A stretch of DNA of 64,000 nt from Savitreella phatthalungensis (taxonomy: Eukaryota): the NCBI GenBank assembly GCA_051599415.1, contig AP039701.1, positions 124,001 through 188,000 on the forward strand, read 5' to 3'. Below, piece by piece: positions 11,537 through 22,290 of the stretch. The stretch's first letter is position 1, and each line of letters begins with the position of its first letter. The notes under the pieces were generated by a model. It worked only from the letters and a program-made list of their open reading frames with translations. It was not told the DNA's origin and did no database searches. A program made the position numbers and the translations under genes.

Positions 11537-13831
11537 ATGGCAGCCGATCATTTCGTCTATGCCATCTTCAACTTCCCAGGCACGAACGATGAAGATCTAC
11601 CACTCCAGATAGGAGATCGGATACAGGTCCTCCAGACCGATGACGAATTTAGTGACGGCTGGTGGGAAGGTCGTAACGAAGCCGGTCGCGTCGGACTCTT
11701 CCCCAAAATATACACCGCCGACGTCATGCCTCCACCGTCGACGACAGCTTCCAGCCTGCACGAGTCCGTCAGCCGCGTCGACGAAAGTCCAGATGCACCG
11801 GTCGCCGTTGATGTCAATTCACCACAACTGTCTCTAGCCGACAGCGCAAACACGCGGCAAACCGAGAGTCTTAGAGCCAAGTCCCCGGTGGCCACCACGC
11901 AGCGATCGACTGCTGGACCGTTGACCGTCGAGACGTCAACTGCTCCAGCGACAGCGCCGTCCGCCCCATCGGATCAGGTGGAAAAGTGGACGCCTGCAGA
12001 TGTGACGCGACATTTCCGTGAGCTCGGTCTCGGCGAAACAGCTGATAAATTCACACAACACGAGGTCAGTGGAAACATTCTTCTATCCATGCATCACGAG
12101 GATTTGAAGGAGATCGATATCATGGCCTTTGGGAAACGGTTCGAGATCATGCGCGAAATCGACAACCTGAAGCAGCGCACGGAAGCTTCAGTCCTCACGC
12201 CTATTGAGCCCCTTGCCTTCAGTGCCGACAAGAATAAGGAGCCTCGTCGGGAATCGCGCGTGCTTGCTGGCCAATCGGCCACGGGCGCACTCCTGCAGGA
12301 TATGACCACAAGCGAGACAGACGACGCCGCCACTGCAGAGTACGACCGACGCACTTCCGGCTCAACCGGCTTGTCCGACGGCAGACGCATTTCAGCACCT
12401 CGAGCCGTCGTCCCCGGAAGTAATGCCGCAGCACTAGAATCCGCTGCAACACTCGCCCCTCGCAACACTTCTTCACCACAACCGAGCCCCGAGCTTGCCA
12501 ATGCTCGCAACGTATCTCCGCAGCGCTCTCACCGCAAATCCATGTCGACCACCTCTGCAGCCTTGATGCTCGGCAACGAGGCAGTCACGGGCAGGCGCAG
12601 CCCAGACAAGGCAATGCAGCAGCAGGAAGCAGGTCACGGTCGATCGTGGTCACAGGATACTGTCAAGATGCCATCCACACATCAGAAGACCAACAGCGGC
12701 AATCTATCTTCCGTCCGGGAAGGCGTGGTTGCGGCAGGATCTGTCGGCGGCGGGTCATCTGACTCTGCCCCACGCTCACCATCGAGTACGCTTGGATCGC
12801 CCATGTCAAATGGTGCGCCGATGAGCCCGAAGACTGCACAATCACGTGGTGCCGTGGCTGCGGCCGCAAGCTTTGGCTCTGGTGCGAAGCGTGCCTTACT
12901 CGGCCAGCGCAAACCCAAGTGGCAGCCCAACGCCGTCTCACAGAACCTCGAGAATGTGGCAGCAAGCGAAGCAGCCAAGGACGCAGACCACGCAGGATAC
13001 ATGCGCAAGCGCTCTGAACGCGCGTATTCATGGAAGCTTCGCTATTTCGTCCTACGTGGAACCCGACTTGCGTTCTATTCGACCGACAAGGACGGCCAGG
13101 AGCAAGGTATCATTGACATCAACTCGTACCGCGTCATTGCTGTCGACGATATTCTCTTCTACAGTCCGACCAAATTCACCTTCAAGCTTGTCCCGCCAGC
13201 TCCCGGCGCGACCCGCTCCCTGAATTTCACACCTCCAAAGACCCATTATTTCTGTACAGACTCCCGGGAAGCGCTGCGCGACTGGATGGCAGCCTTCACG
13301 AAGGCAACAATTGGCAGAGATTGGTCTACTCCGGTCATCTCCTCCTGCACGACCAAGACCATCTCCTTGAAAGAGGCGCAGGCGCAGCGTGCGCAGCAGC
13401 AGCAGGCCCAACAGGCTGGCGCTCACGGCATTGACACCTCAGGTATCGGCAAACAGCTCGATCCAGCACTCGATCTCGACATGCTTCCTGATTCTCCTGT
13501 GGCTGCACGACCTCCAGGGTTTCCTGCCACCACAACTTCTTCCGGCACAACGACGATCGCAGGCCCACAGTACCGGAGACCTCTAGTCTCCCCTCTCGAA
13601 GAGGACGACGACCCGATCAAGGACTCGAATAAGCCAGCGACGAACGGCGGAGCCGACAAGCAGCGCAACACAACACCGATAGCCTCTCAGTTCCAGCGAT
13701 CTGAGTCAGATACCTCCCTCCGCCGAGCTGTCATGACCGCATCCCGCGGGAACGATCGTAATAGCGCCAACGGTCTTGCAGGCACGAGCAATGGTGGCAA
13801 TGGCTCTCACCACCGCAACGGTGCATTCTAA
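11537..13831 (+). CDS. Boi1/Boi2/Pob1-family polarity protein (SH3-SAM-PH)
   Basis: SH3 (DGWWEG..GLFP), SAM (WTPADV..FGKRFEI), PH (GYMRKR..WKLRYFVLRG); probable ATG at 11537. Confidence 0.92.
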   Translation: MAADHFVYAIFNFPGTNDEDLPLQIGDRIQVLQTDDEFSDGWWEGRNEAGRVGLFPKIYTADVMPPPSTTASSLHESVSRVDESPDAPVAVDVNSPQLSLADSANTRQTESLRAKSPVATTQRSTAGPLTVETSTAPATAPSAPSDQVEKWTPADVTRHFRELGLGETADKFTQHEVSGNILLSMHHEDLKEIDIMAFGKRFEIMREIDNLKQRTEASVLTPIEPLAFSADKNKEPRRESRVLAGQSATGALLQDMTTSETDDAATAEYDRRTSGSTGLSDGRRISAPRAVVPGSNAAALESAATLAPRNTSSPQPSPELANARNVSPQRSHRKSMSTTSAALMLGNEAVTGRRSPDKAMQQQEAGHGRSWSQDTVKMPSTHQKTNSGNLSSVREGVVAAGSVGGGSSDSAPRSPSSTLGSPMSNGAPMSPKTAQSRGAVAAAASFGSGAKRALLGQRKPKWQPNAVSQNLENVAASEAAKDADHAGYMRKRSERAYSWKLRYFVLRGTRLAFYSTDKDGQEQGIIDINSYRVIAVDDILFYSPTKFTFKLVPPAPGATRSLNFTPPKTHYFCTDSREALRDWMAAFTKATIGRDWSTPVISSCTTKTISLKEAQAQRAQQQQAQQAGAHGIDTSGIGKQLDPALDLDMLPDSPVAARPPGFPATTTSSGTTTIAGPQYRRPLVSPLEEDDDPIKDSNKPATNGGADKQRNTTPIASQFQRSESDTSLRRAVMTASRGNDRNSANGLAGTSNGGNGSHHRNGAF

Positions 13832-13865
13832 ATCAGGCTTCTGTCTGTCCATCGCGTGCTATCAG

Positions 13866-13890
13866 ACAGCACAGCACAGCACAGCACAGC
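13866..13890. repeat. (ACAGC)5 microsatellite
   Basis: Read directly. Confidence 0.9.
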
Positions 13891-14013
13891 ATAGCGCGCC
13901 AATGGCTTTGTAGTATTCACAGACTTTCCGACACGATGAGAGACGCTTCTATTCTAATCAACCAAGTACTTTCATCCAGTGCAACCTCATCTCGTGTCCT
14001 CGATTCTCACATA

Positions 14014-15114
14014 CTATACCATCGACTTTGTTTTGCCGTCACGAGGAGCCGGTGCACTCCCTTGCTCTGCAGCTACATCGCTTGCAGCCCGGAGCGGTAA
14101 CGCAAATAAGTCGACCTCCTCTTTGACGAGCCTGTCTGCCGGAGCGTCCCAGTCGAACTTGAGTTGCAGACCATCATAACTCGCTCGCGCTTCCACGTGG
14201 CGGCCGAATTGTTTAGACGTTGTCTTGCTCCAGTCGTCCAACTCATCGACCAGCGATGCGTGGTCAACCTCGTGTGTGAAATCCAGCAGATATGTCAGCG
14301 GGACGCCATCGCCGCTATCCCCCGAGGTCTTCTGGCCATGCGTCGAAACCACATAGTCGAGTGCCTGTCCAATGGAAAAGTGGCTTGCATGAGGATCATG
14401 CTTGAGACCGTCCAGTACGAGAACTTTGGTGCCCTGCATCAGCTCTGCGGCGCGAGCCGGTACGCCGGAACAGTCTGACACGTAGGTAAACCCACCTACA
14501 CGGAATCCATCACACATCAGCGGTATCCGTTCGCCATCTTCATCCACCCCACGCCATCCATGCCGCACAGGGACCTGTGTGAATGTGACACCACCAGCTG
14601 CCTCAAACTCGCCACCCTCGTCAGGCAGCACATGCCAGTCAAACTGTGGCACGTCCCCACCTCCAGTCGCTCTCGACCTGTCGATCAAGTACGGAAACAT
14701 CCGCTCGACTTCGACAAACGTCGCCTGCGAGCAGTATATATCGACTGTGTCCTGAACAAATCTACCCAGCGTCCATCCTCTCAGATCGTCGAGTCCCAGG
14801 ACGGCGTCTGCGTGCGCGTGCGTGAGCAGCAACGCGTCGATCCGCCGCAGCCCCGCACGAGGCCACAGCTGCAAGGCCGCTTCGAAGAAGGACTTGCCAC
14901 AGTCCACGAGTACAGTACGTCCGTTGGAGAGCGAGAGAACGGCACTCGTGTTCCTTCGACGATTCCGTCGACCTGGCAGATCAGAAGACAGAGACGATGG
15001 GCACACCAAGCACCGCGACCCAGGTTTCGTCAAGCATCCAATCACAGGCACCTGTGACGACGTCCCTGTACCCAAGAATACCATCGACTCGACGACCACA
15101 TCTGCCGCCGCCAT
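14014..15114 (-). CDS. Metallo-beta-lactamase fold hydrolase, PhnP-like
   Basis: FLGTGTS..PVIGC, VDCG, THAHADAVLGLDD, YVSD, HF and H motifs; likely ATG at 15114. Confidence 0.88.
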   Translation of the reverse strand: MAAADVVVESMVFLGTGTSSQVPVIGCLTKPGSRCLVCPSSLSSDLPGRRNRRRNTSAVLSLSNGRTVLVDCGKSFFEAALQLWPRAGLRRIDALLLTHAHADAVLGLDDLRGWTLGRFVQDTVDIYCSQATFVEVERMFPYLIDRSRATGGGDVPQFDWHVLPDEGGEFEAAGGVTFTQVPVRHGWRGVDEDGERIPLMCDGFRVGGFTYVSDCSGVPARAAELMQGTKVLVLDGLKHDPHASHFSIGQALDYVVSTHGQKTSGDSGDGVPLTYLLDFTHEVDHASLVDELDDWSKTTSKQFGRHVEARASYDGLQLKFDWDAPADRLVKEEVDLFALPLRAASDVAAEQGSAPAPRDGKTKSMV

Positions 15115-15422
15115 CGATGCCTCCTCCGTGACTGCAAAGGACAGGACAATGGTGTCAATTGATCTATGGATCGTCTGGCTCTTGAGACAGAGTCCGTTCA
15201 AGAGATACGTCGGACGGATGACCGGGTGAATGGATGATTGCCAAAATCGGCCAGACTTCCCAAATCGGAAAGCGATCGGGTAGTACAAATTTCACTCGAG
15301 GACGTCACCATCCTACACTCTCTCGCACACACACACCATCAACACCTTCGTTCTCAAGAGCTTCAGCAAGAATATCCCCAGCTGCTAGAGGACTCTCAAG
15401 ATCAGGGTCGTGAGGATCTACG

Positions 15423-16916
15423 ATGGTTCATAAACCGACGAAACGGTTGGTTGACATCCTTCTGAATGGTCGTCAGAAGAACATTCCTTTCCTCGCGGCT
15501 TCTTTATTCTTCCTACCACTCAGCATCACTATTGTTTTCCTCAGCTATGCCATCAGCATACTGACACTTGGTGATCGTCGTCGATCCCGTTCAGGGCTTA
15601 CAATCCTAGTGTCCGGAGGCAGGACATGTAAAGCACTCGTCCATGCACGGCAGTTTGCAAGGGCGGGTCACCGTGTGATCCTATGCGAAGAGGCAGATGC
15701 ACAGTACTGTGCTACTCGGTATTCCAACTGCGTCGACCGCTTCTACACGCTGCCTGACCCACTTGCATCCCAGCAGAAGTACACGGAAGCCCTGCTGAAG
15801 ATCGTCCTCAAAGAACGCGTGGACATCTTCGTACCCTGCTGCGGTGTGGCGACGACCATCTGCGACGGTATCGCAAAACGCTCGCTCGATCGCCACTGCA
15901 CCGTCCTACAGTTTGACGAGGATCTCGGTCGGAAGCTCGACAAGAAGGACCACTTCATGGCAGCCTGTCAACTCCATGGCCTAGAGATCCCAAAGACCGT
16001 CACGTTCACCTCGGCAGCAGAGGTGATGCAGTACGACTGGGCGAATGACGGCAAGCGTAAGTATGTGATGAAGTGTGTCGGTGTGGACGACCGGACGCGC
16101 AACGATATGACCTTGTTCCCATACGCACCGGCAGACAAGATGCTTGCTCACCTGAACCGCCTCAACATGTCCAAGAGCAACCCTTACATCATGCAGGAGT
16201 TCCTCGACGGCGCAGAGTACTGCTGCCAGAGTATCGCATGGCGTGGCGTCATCCGCACCTACTCCGCATGCCTTTCATCAGATGTCCTCATGAACTACAC
16301 ACACATCCCACCTTCCACCAAGACGTTCGAGGGCCGGATCTCCGCTAAGATGCTTGAGTTCGCACAGCACTTCACCAAGGCGATGGAACTCTCGGGACCA
16401 GTGGCATTCGATTTTCTCCTGACATCGACCCCACCAGACGGTGCACAGGCCAAGACTCTCGTGCTCTCGTCTGTCCTGTACGATGACAGCGGAAGGCGGT
16501 GGAGACTTCTCCCGATCGAATGCAACCCGAGGACACACACCGCCAACACAAACTTCCTCGGCAATCGCTACTATGAGGCTGCATACACGCGCCTCGCCCA
16601 CGACGCCAACACCAGGCATGCATGGCCTATCCTGCCTGACGAGAACACAGCACCGGCAAGGGGAACCTACTGGATCGGCCACGAGCTCTTCAACCTATGC
16701 CTTCCATTCCTATCGACCAAGCGTACAAAGCCTCTCGAGTTCATCAACAGGATTCTCACGCAGCGCGAGGCAGAATGGGATCTCCATGACCCTCTACCAT
16801 TCCTCATGTGCTACCACTTCCAATGGCCTTTCCTCTGGCTCACCCAAGGCCTCATCAAAGGTCGCAGGTGGACACGCATGAACGCCAGCACAGGCAAAGT
16901 CTTCTGGCTAGACTGA
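15423..16916 (+). CDS. ATP-grasp ligase, MysC (mycosporine-glycine ligase)-like
   Basis: N-terminal TM then TILVSGG..KALxxARxFxxAGHRVIL, RYSNxVDRFY, LDxKxxF, QEFLDGxEYC, FDF, PIECNPRTH. Confidence 0.85.
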   Translation: MVHKPTKRLVDILLNGRQKNIPFLAASLFFLPLSITIVFLSYAISILTLGDRRRSRSGLTILVSGGRTCKALVHARQFARAGHRVILCEEADAQYCATRYSNCVDRFYTLPDPLASQQKYTEALLKIVLKERVDIFVPCCGVATTICDGIAKRSLDRHCTVLQFDEDLGRKLDKKDHFMAACQLHGLEIPKTVTFTSAAEVMQYDWANDGKRKYVMKCVGVDDRTRNDMTLFPYAPADKMLAHLNRLNMSKSNPYIMQEFLDGAEYCCQSIAWRGVIRTYSACLSSDVLMNYTHIPPSTKTFEGRISAKMLEFAQHFTKAMELSGPVAFDFLLTSTPPDGAQAKTLVLSSVLYDDSGRRWRLLPIECNPRTHTANTNFLGNRYYEAAYTRLAHDANTRHAWPILPDENTAPARGTYWIGHELFNLCLPFLSTKRTKPLEFINRILTQREAEWDLHDPLPFLMCYHFQWPFLWLTQGLIKGRRWTRMNASTGKVFWLD

Positions 16917-17135
16917 CAGCTCTATCACCGATCCATCAACTGTAGAAGTATAGACCGGACAAAGCAGTCTCTTGTACTACGTGACGTGAACAACGCCCAT
17001 AACCTGCCTTTCGCATACCTCTTCTATAAAGATACGATTTTACATTCCATTCATGTTACGAGTTCAATACACAACACATTCAACGACGTCATAGCAGCCT
17101 CTGCATAGCACTACAGGCATGTCGAGCCACAGCGA

Positions 17136-18578
17136 ATGCTGGCTCTAGGGCAAGCTGTCTTCTCCAAGCAAGCAAAGAGTGTCTTTGTTTGTCGCCTTAC
17201 GATGGCGCGTAAGAGGGATGCATCGATATCCCCACCGAGGCTGCCATCACCACCCAGAAGACCGACTTCACGCTCGAGAGACAGCAGTCCAGATTCTCAG
17301 GCCTCAGATGCTCCAAAGAACAAAAGGCTAAAGACTGATCTTGACGAATGGCCTGCAGCTCGTTCGCAGATCGAAAGCGCACGCGAATTCGTCCGCCGCG
17401 TTGCAGCATCCACGGGAACAGTCATCATCGCGCCAGACAAGGACGCCGACGGCTTGAGCGCCGGCGCAATCATGTACAGAACGCTTGTCAAGCTAGGAAA
17501 ATCTCCAGATACAATCGCCGTGCATCTTCTAGAGAAAGGCACGACAATTCATGACGACTACGAGCGTGATCAAATGCTCCAACACCAACCAGCCGATCTC
17601 ATCGTCCTCGATCACGGGTCGCGGGGAGGACCACCGATCCTGCCTGGTATTCCGACGCTGATTCTCGATCACCACTACTCGTTTGAGTTTCCTGAGGGCG
17701 CGGTCATCTGCACAGCAGCCCACTCACCTCCGATCGCCACCTCGGCCCTGCTGACCTACGAAGTGTGTGATCCATTGCATCCAGAGCTCCGACCGGAGAT
17801 CGACTACCTAGGCGCGCTTGGCACAATGGGCGATCTCGGAGCGACTGTCAAGTGGGACTCGCCATTCCCATCTCACCTTGGTTCGGTGGTGAAAGCGAAG
17901 GGGAAGAAGAACTTCAGTGATGCTGTAGGCCTGGTGAACGCGCCAAGGCGGTCGAGCGCGTACAACGTGATCGAGGCGTGGAACTCGATTCTATGCTCGA
18001 CAGAGCCGAGCGATATCCTCCACCACTCCCGCAACCCACACCTGAAGCAGCTCATCGTCGCACGCGATCAAGTCTTTGACGAGACAGAGCGCAACACCCA
18101 CACCGCCCCCCTCTTCACACGCGACAAGCGCACAGCATGTCTGGTCATCAGCTCACCCTGTCAAGTTCACCCGGTGATTGCAACGCGCTGGGCAGGCTTC
18201 CTGAAGAGCAAAGACCTGTGTGTAGTGATGGTGGCGAACAAGGGGTACATGCCGGGGAAAGTGCATTTCTCCTGCCGGATTCCCAAATTCCGCAGGCACC
18301 TAGACGGCACTCCCGATGCAGTCGATCTACAGCAAGTCCTGAAGGAGTATGCCGCCCGGGACCCAGACCTAGCAACCACACTCCAGCAAATGGGGTCCTT
18401 TGCCAAGGGACATCGCGAAGCCTCAGGAGGTGTCCTGCCCAACGACCTCTGGGACAAATTATACGACACCATGGAAATAGGACCGTCCATCAGAGAGAAA
18501 AAACCACCGAAGGAAACCGACCAAAAGCAGAGGAACAAGCTCACAAACTACTTCACGAGTCCTAGCAAGAGTAAATAG
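17136..18578 (+). CDS. DHH-family phosphoesterase (RecJ-like); start may be ATG 17202
   Basis: DKDADG motif I, LDHG, ILDHH, GTMGD, C-terminal DHHA1 GHREASGG. Confidence 0.85.
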   Translation: MLALGQAVFSKQAKSVFVCRLTMARKRDASISPPRLPSPPRRPTSRSRDSSPDSQASDAPKNKRLKTDLDEWPAARSQIESAREFVRRVAASTGTVIIAPDKDADGLSAGAIMYRTLVKLGKSPDTIAVHLLEKGTTIHDDYERDQMLQHQPADLIVLDHGSRGGPPILPGIPTLILDHHYSFEFPEGAVICTAAHSPPIATSALLTYEVCDPLHPELRPEIDYLGALGTMGDLGATVKWDSPFPSHLGSVVKAKGKKNFSDAVGLVNAPRRSSAYNVIEAWNSILCSTEPSDILHHSRNPHLKQLIVARDQVFDETERNTHTAPLFTRDKRTACLVISSPCQVHPVIATRWAGFLKSKDLCVVMVANKGYMPGKVHFSCRIPKFRRHLDGTPDAVDLQQVLKEYAARDPDLATTLQQMGSFAKGHREASGGVLPNDLWDKLYDTMEIGPSIREKKPPKETDQKQRNKLTNYFTSPSKSK

Positions 18579-18940
18579 AACACGTTCTCTTCTATAGATG
18601 CCAGACATGACACAACGGAATGTCAGTCAGCCATAAGGTAACGAGGACTGAGAGAATGTGTGAATAGCCTCGGTTCAATGTGAGTTTTGGCCACCGACCA
18701 CATGCGATCGAGTGATATGTGGGGGAAACATATTATAGCCAGAGCTAGCTCCACTGAGAATAAAAGAAGGAAGGAAAACCTTCCGAAATGACATCAAAAA
18801 CATTCCGAAGATTCCAACTGCATTTGACCAGTATCTCCAGTATCCATGTATATAGCATAGCCTATACCCCACGCTGTGACGATATATAGGATCGAGTCCT
18901 CAAAAGACAAACAGCACAACCCATACCACTCTCAGCAATC

Positions 18941-19627
18941 ATGTCGAAGCTTCTTGATCTCCAGCATCAGATGCCATTCTACGGCGCATACCACACCAAC
19001 AAAGTCAATGGTATTTCATCTCTTGCCGCACTAAATCCTCCTCCGCGCAGATCTATTGACACCCCTTTCCTCTCTCTCAGTCCTGATCCACAAGATCTTC
19101 GTCCCTACAATCCTATTCACGTCGCTCGTGTGGCTGTCGAATACGGGACCACTCGTCTCGACGTCTAGTGGGGCATGGCCATCGTTCCTGCCTGAGAGCA
19201 ACGCTGCGACGCTGCTGACGCTCGTGGTCTTGCCGATGTACATCAAGATGCAGGCGAAGGCTGGGCTGTTGCTGATCCCCGTACTCCTTGGATTCTGCGT
19301 GGCCGCGCGACATCTAACCAAGACCTACGCCCATGCAAACTACTATGCATCGATCGTCCAGTAAGTGACGCAGCTTCCTCTAGCGTGGTAACGACTGACA
19401 TCCCGCGCAGCGTGGTATCGTGGGTGATGCAGTTCTACGGTCACGGCAAACACGAAGGCAGGAAGCCAGCCTTGTTTGATAATCTGTTCCAGTCGTTCTT
19501 CCTAGCACCCTTCTTCGTCTGGTTGGAGATCCTGTTCGATCTAGGATTCGAGCCACAGCTACACCGTCAACTCAGCAAGCTCACTGCAGAACGCCGTATC
19601 CAGGAATTCAAGCTCTCGAAGCAGTAG
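18941..19627 (+). CDS. MPO1: Mpo1/DUF962 family 2-hydroxy fatty acid dioxygenase; exons 18941-19010, 19081-19360, 19411-19627
   Basis: FYGAYHxNxVNxxIH, WxxQFxGHGxxEGRKPALxDN; two canonical introns restore the frame. Confidence 0.9.
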
Positions 19628-19820
19628 AGAGGGAAAAAGTTGCAACTTACGCGTCCATCCCGCCATCACACAGGATCTCAAACCGGTGGCGACAGTGGTT
19701 TGTTTGCTCAGATTTTCATTTTTTCAGTGTCTTATGTACAGCTAGCGAACTAGGCCAGTCAACATCCCTCCCTTCAGCTTCGTATGTGTTTGTGTATGTA
19801 AGCTCTTTGATTGCTGCACT

Positions 19821-20408
19821 TCAGCAACAGTTGTTCTGCGCCTTGGCTTGTCTGGCAAAGAGCTTTGACTGCTGTGAGAGTTGGTCGGATCTCTGAACGA
19901 GGTCGTCTAGTTTTTCTCCTCTCTGGAGGACAGAGTCGATTGTCTTGTGGAGGACGATCTTTGTCTCGTCGAGTTCCTGCTGGACCCTCATGATGGTGTC
20001 TGCCTGCTTCGGGTCCTGGTACTTGCCGATGTACGTCTCGAGTTCAGGCATCGGCATCTTTGGCGTCCCAGTCGCCCACTTGCTCTTCGCGTGCTTTGCC
20101 AAAAACTCATCGAGCACCTTGTTCAGCAAGGTGAATGCAACCCTCGGCGGATAATCCCCATCAGCGATAATCACACCACACACACCCTCAGTCCGAGCAT
20201 ACGCGTGGAACTTCTGACCACGCTCCTCAATCGTCTGCCGCAATCCAGCCTGCGTTCCCTCAGCCACCTTGACCGAAGTGAACGTCATGAACTCCTGAGC
20301 ACTAGACCGAGCAAGCCATGGGAATGAGGAAAGGTCTGTACCATGGCATAGCTCGTGCGCAGGCTTGCTGTCGTTCCGTAGCACTGCGATCGAATACAGC
20401 TTGACCAT
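19821..20408 (-). CDS. YKT6: R-SNARE Ykt6 (longin + SNARE)
   Basis: MVKLYSIAV, YQDPxxADxIxxVQQELDETKIVLHKTIxSVLxRGEKLDDLV; ends QNNCC*. Confidence 0.96.
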   Translation of the reverse strand: MVKLYSIAVLRNDSKPAHELCHGTDLSSFPWLARSSAQEFMTFTSVKVAEGTQAGLRQTIEERGQKFHAYARTEGVCGVIIADGDYPPRVAFTLLNKVLDEFLAKHAKSKWATGTPKMPMPELETYIGKYQDPKQADTIMRVQQELDETKIVLHKTIDSVLQRGEKLDDLVQRSDQLSQQSKLFARQAKAQNNCC

Positions 20409-20814
20409 CTTTCAGACTTCTCCTTGCAATATTACTTAGAATGAGAGATGGGTATTGAGGTGCGCACTCGAGCGACGATTTGATCTCTTGCGCAGTGAGT
20501 ACAGTAGATTGATCGTAGAGTGTCTGTGCTCAATCAAGTCTACACCGCGTATGTGGTTGTGTGGTGTGGTGTATGTGTGTATAGGTGTGTCTGTGTGCGT
20601 TTGTTGAATGATGCGTCTAGCTACACGTACTGAATGAATGACCAGACAAGAGAGTGATGAATCTCGTGAATATATGTTTGGATCTGATTACAGTCAAATT
20701 TAACTAAAATTGAATTGAACTGACCCCATTGACGTAACAACCATTCACGTGATCCATAGCATTCGGTCCAATGTAGTCTTCTATGCAGGTTAAGGATACA
20801 AGTAGAAGCTCTGG

Positions 20815-22056
20815 TCAACTGTAAGCAAGCGTCTCATCAGCTCTGACTCTTCCTCGTCTGTCCAAATCATCTTCAGTAGCTTCTACTCCGCCACTTCCCA
20901 CATCCTCATCTTCCTCTTCCTCGTCATCATCAGCCAGTGGCACAAATCTGTACTCCACAAAGCTCTCTTTCTCATTGAAGCTCAGCAAAAATTGCATCGA
21001 CAAAACACCACGATCATCTGTCCTCAAGCTCACTTTCGTTGCCTGACCCATAGCCCTGTATGCATGCCTTCCAGATCCATTGTCAGTCCTGATAAGTTCC
21101 AAAGTGTCTCCGACTCTCCACATACCGTATCAGTGCAAAGTGATAGACGTTCCTTGCCTCAGACTCGCACTCAAATACCTCAAGCACATCTCGGTCATTC
21201 GGATAATCCATCTGAGCACGTCCGTGTATTCCCTCGCTGGCAAGTCGAAAGTAGGGTCTGAAGGGCGACTGTCTGATGATGAGCTCTTTCCCGTTCCCTC
21301 TTTCGAGTTCCGTGATTGCCTCATGGAGCCATGTACTCTTCTGTATGTGATCACTTTGTCAGTTCCAATTCCTACCTCACGGAGACTGGAGATCCACGGA
21401 CATACCTTCAGGATGATCTTGTGCTGTGGCGGCACACTCTGCAACCGCATATCAACTAGTGATGACGGCTCGTATGTTGTCAGCTTGCACCGCGTCACAA
21501 CCTCAGCTTCCTCCAGCACCATCACCAGCGGCTCGCCCGTCCGCTCATACATCAGTCGCATCGTCCCACCGATCCGCAGTGCATTCGTCCCGTACCCTGC
21601 CCCAATATCACCGCCGCCATTATTTGCGAATGAGCTAGGCGAGATCGCACTGTTGTACAGACCTAGCACCTCCAGCATCGCCTTGAGTTCAACATTCACG
21701 CACACAGCAGGATCAGTTGCGCTTCCATTGTAGTCGTACCGGGAGAAGAGCGCGGCATCGAGGTTCACATGGCCTAGAAGTGGAATTTCTGTCAGCAATG
21801 GTAGATATCTAGTGCGTGAGCTGCCCTACCTTGACAAGACCGAGCCGTCTCCACAGAAAATCGAATACCAGAAGGTGAGATCGTTACGAGTGCCTGGCCA
21901 GCAGAGATCAAGCACCGTAGAGACTCATGCACGAGCTTCAAGTGAACTGTAAGCGCCGAGAAGATCTAACCGTCCATCGTCAGCCAAGTCACAACAACTG
22001 TGTATCATCGTCACACGTACAGGAGGCTCCTCATCACCAGTGTCTCCTAGCGACAT
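20815..22056 (-). CDS. RAD1: 9-1-1 checkpoint clamp subunit Rad1/Rec1/Rad17; exons ~22056-22021, 21965-21830, 21773-21406, 21340-21126, 21067-20815
   Basis: Spliced translation gives GIRFSVE..QGHVNLDxxLF, VTRCKLTTYEP, STWLHEAITEL, KVSLRTDDRGVLSMQF, FVEYRFVP plus acidic tail. Confidence 0.85.
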
Positions 22057-22290
22057 GATCTGCACCTATTCCTTATAGCATTCTACCCCTAGCTTGCACC
22101 TTCCGTTCCCTGTCAAGTATCCATACTCTTGATTGTGCATTGAACTAGAAACTGCATGTTGTCGTGTGCATGCATGTGCATGCTTCACACAAAGTCACAG
22201 AATACTTCAACTGAACGGCGGGCGAGCTGGTTAAAAAAAGTCAGCGTTTGACGACACTGTAAGTACTAGTCAAACCCTTCGTCGCCCGCA

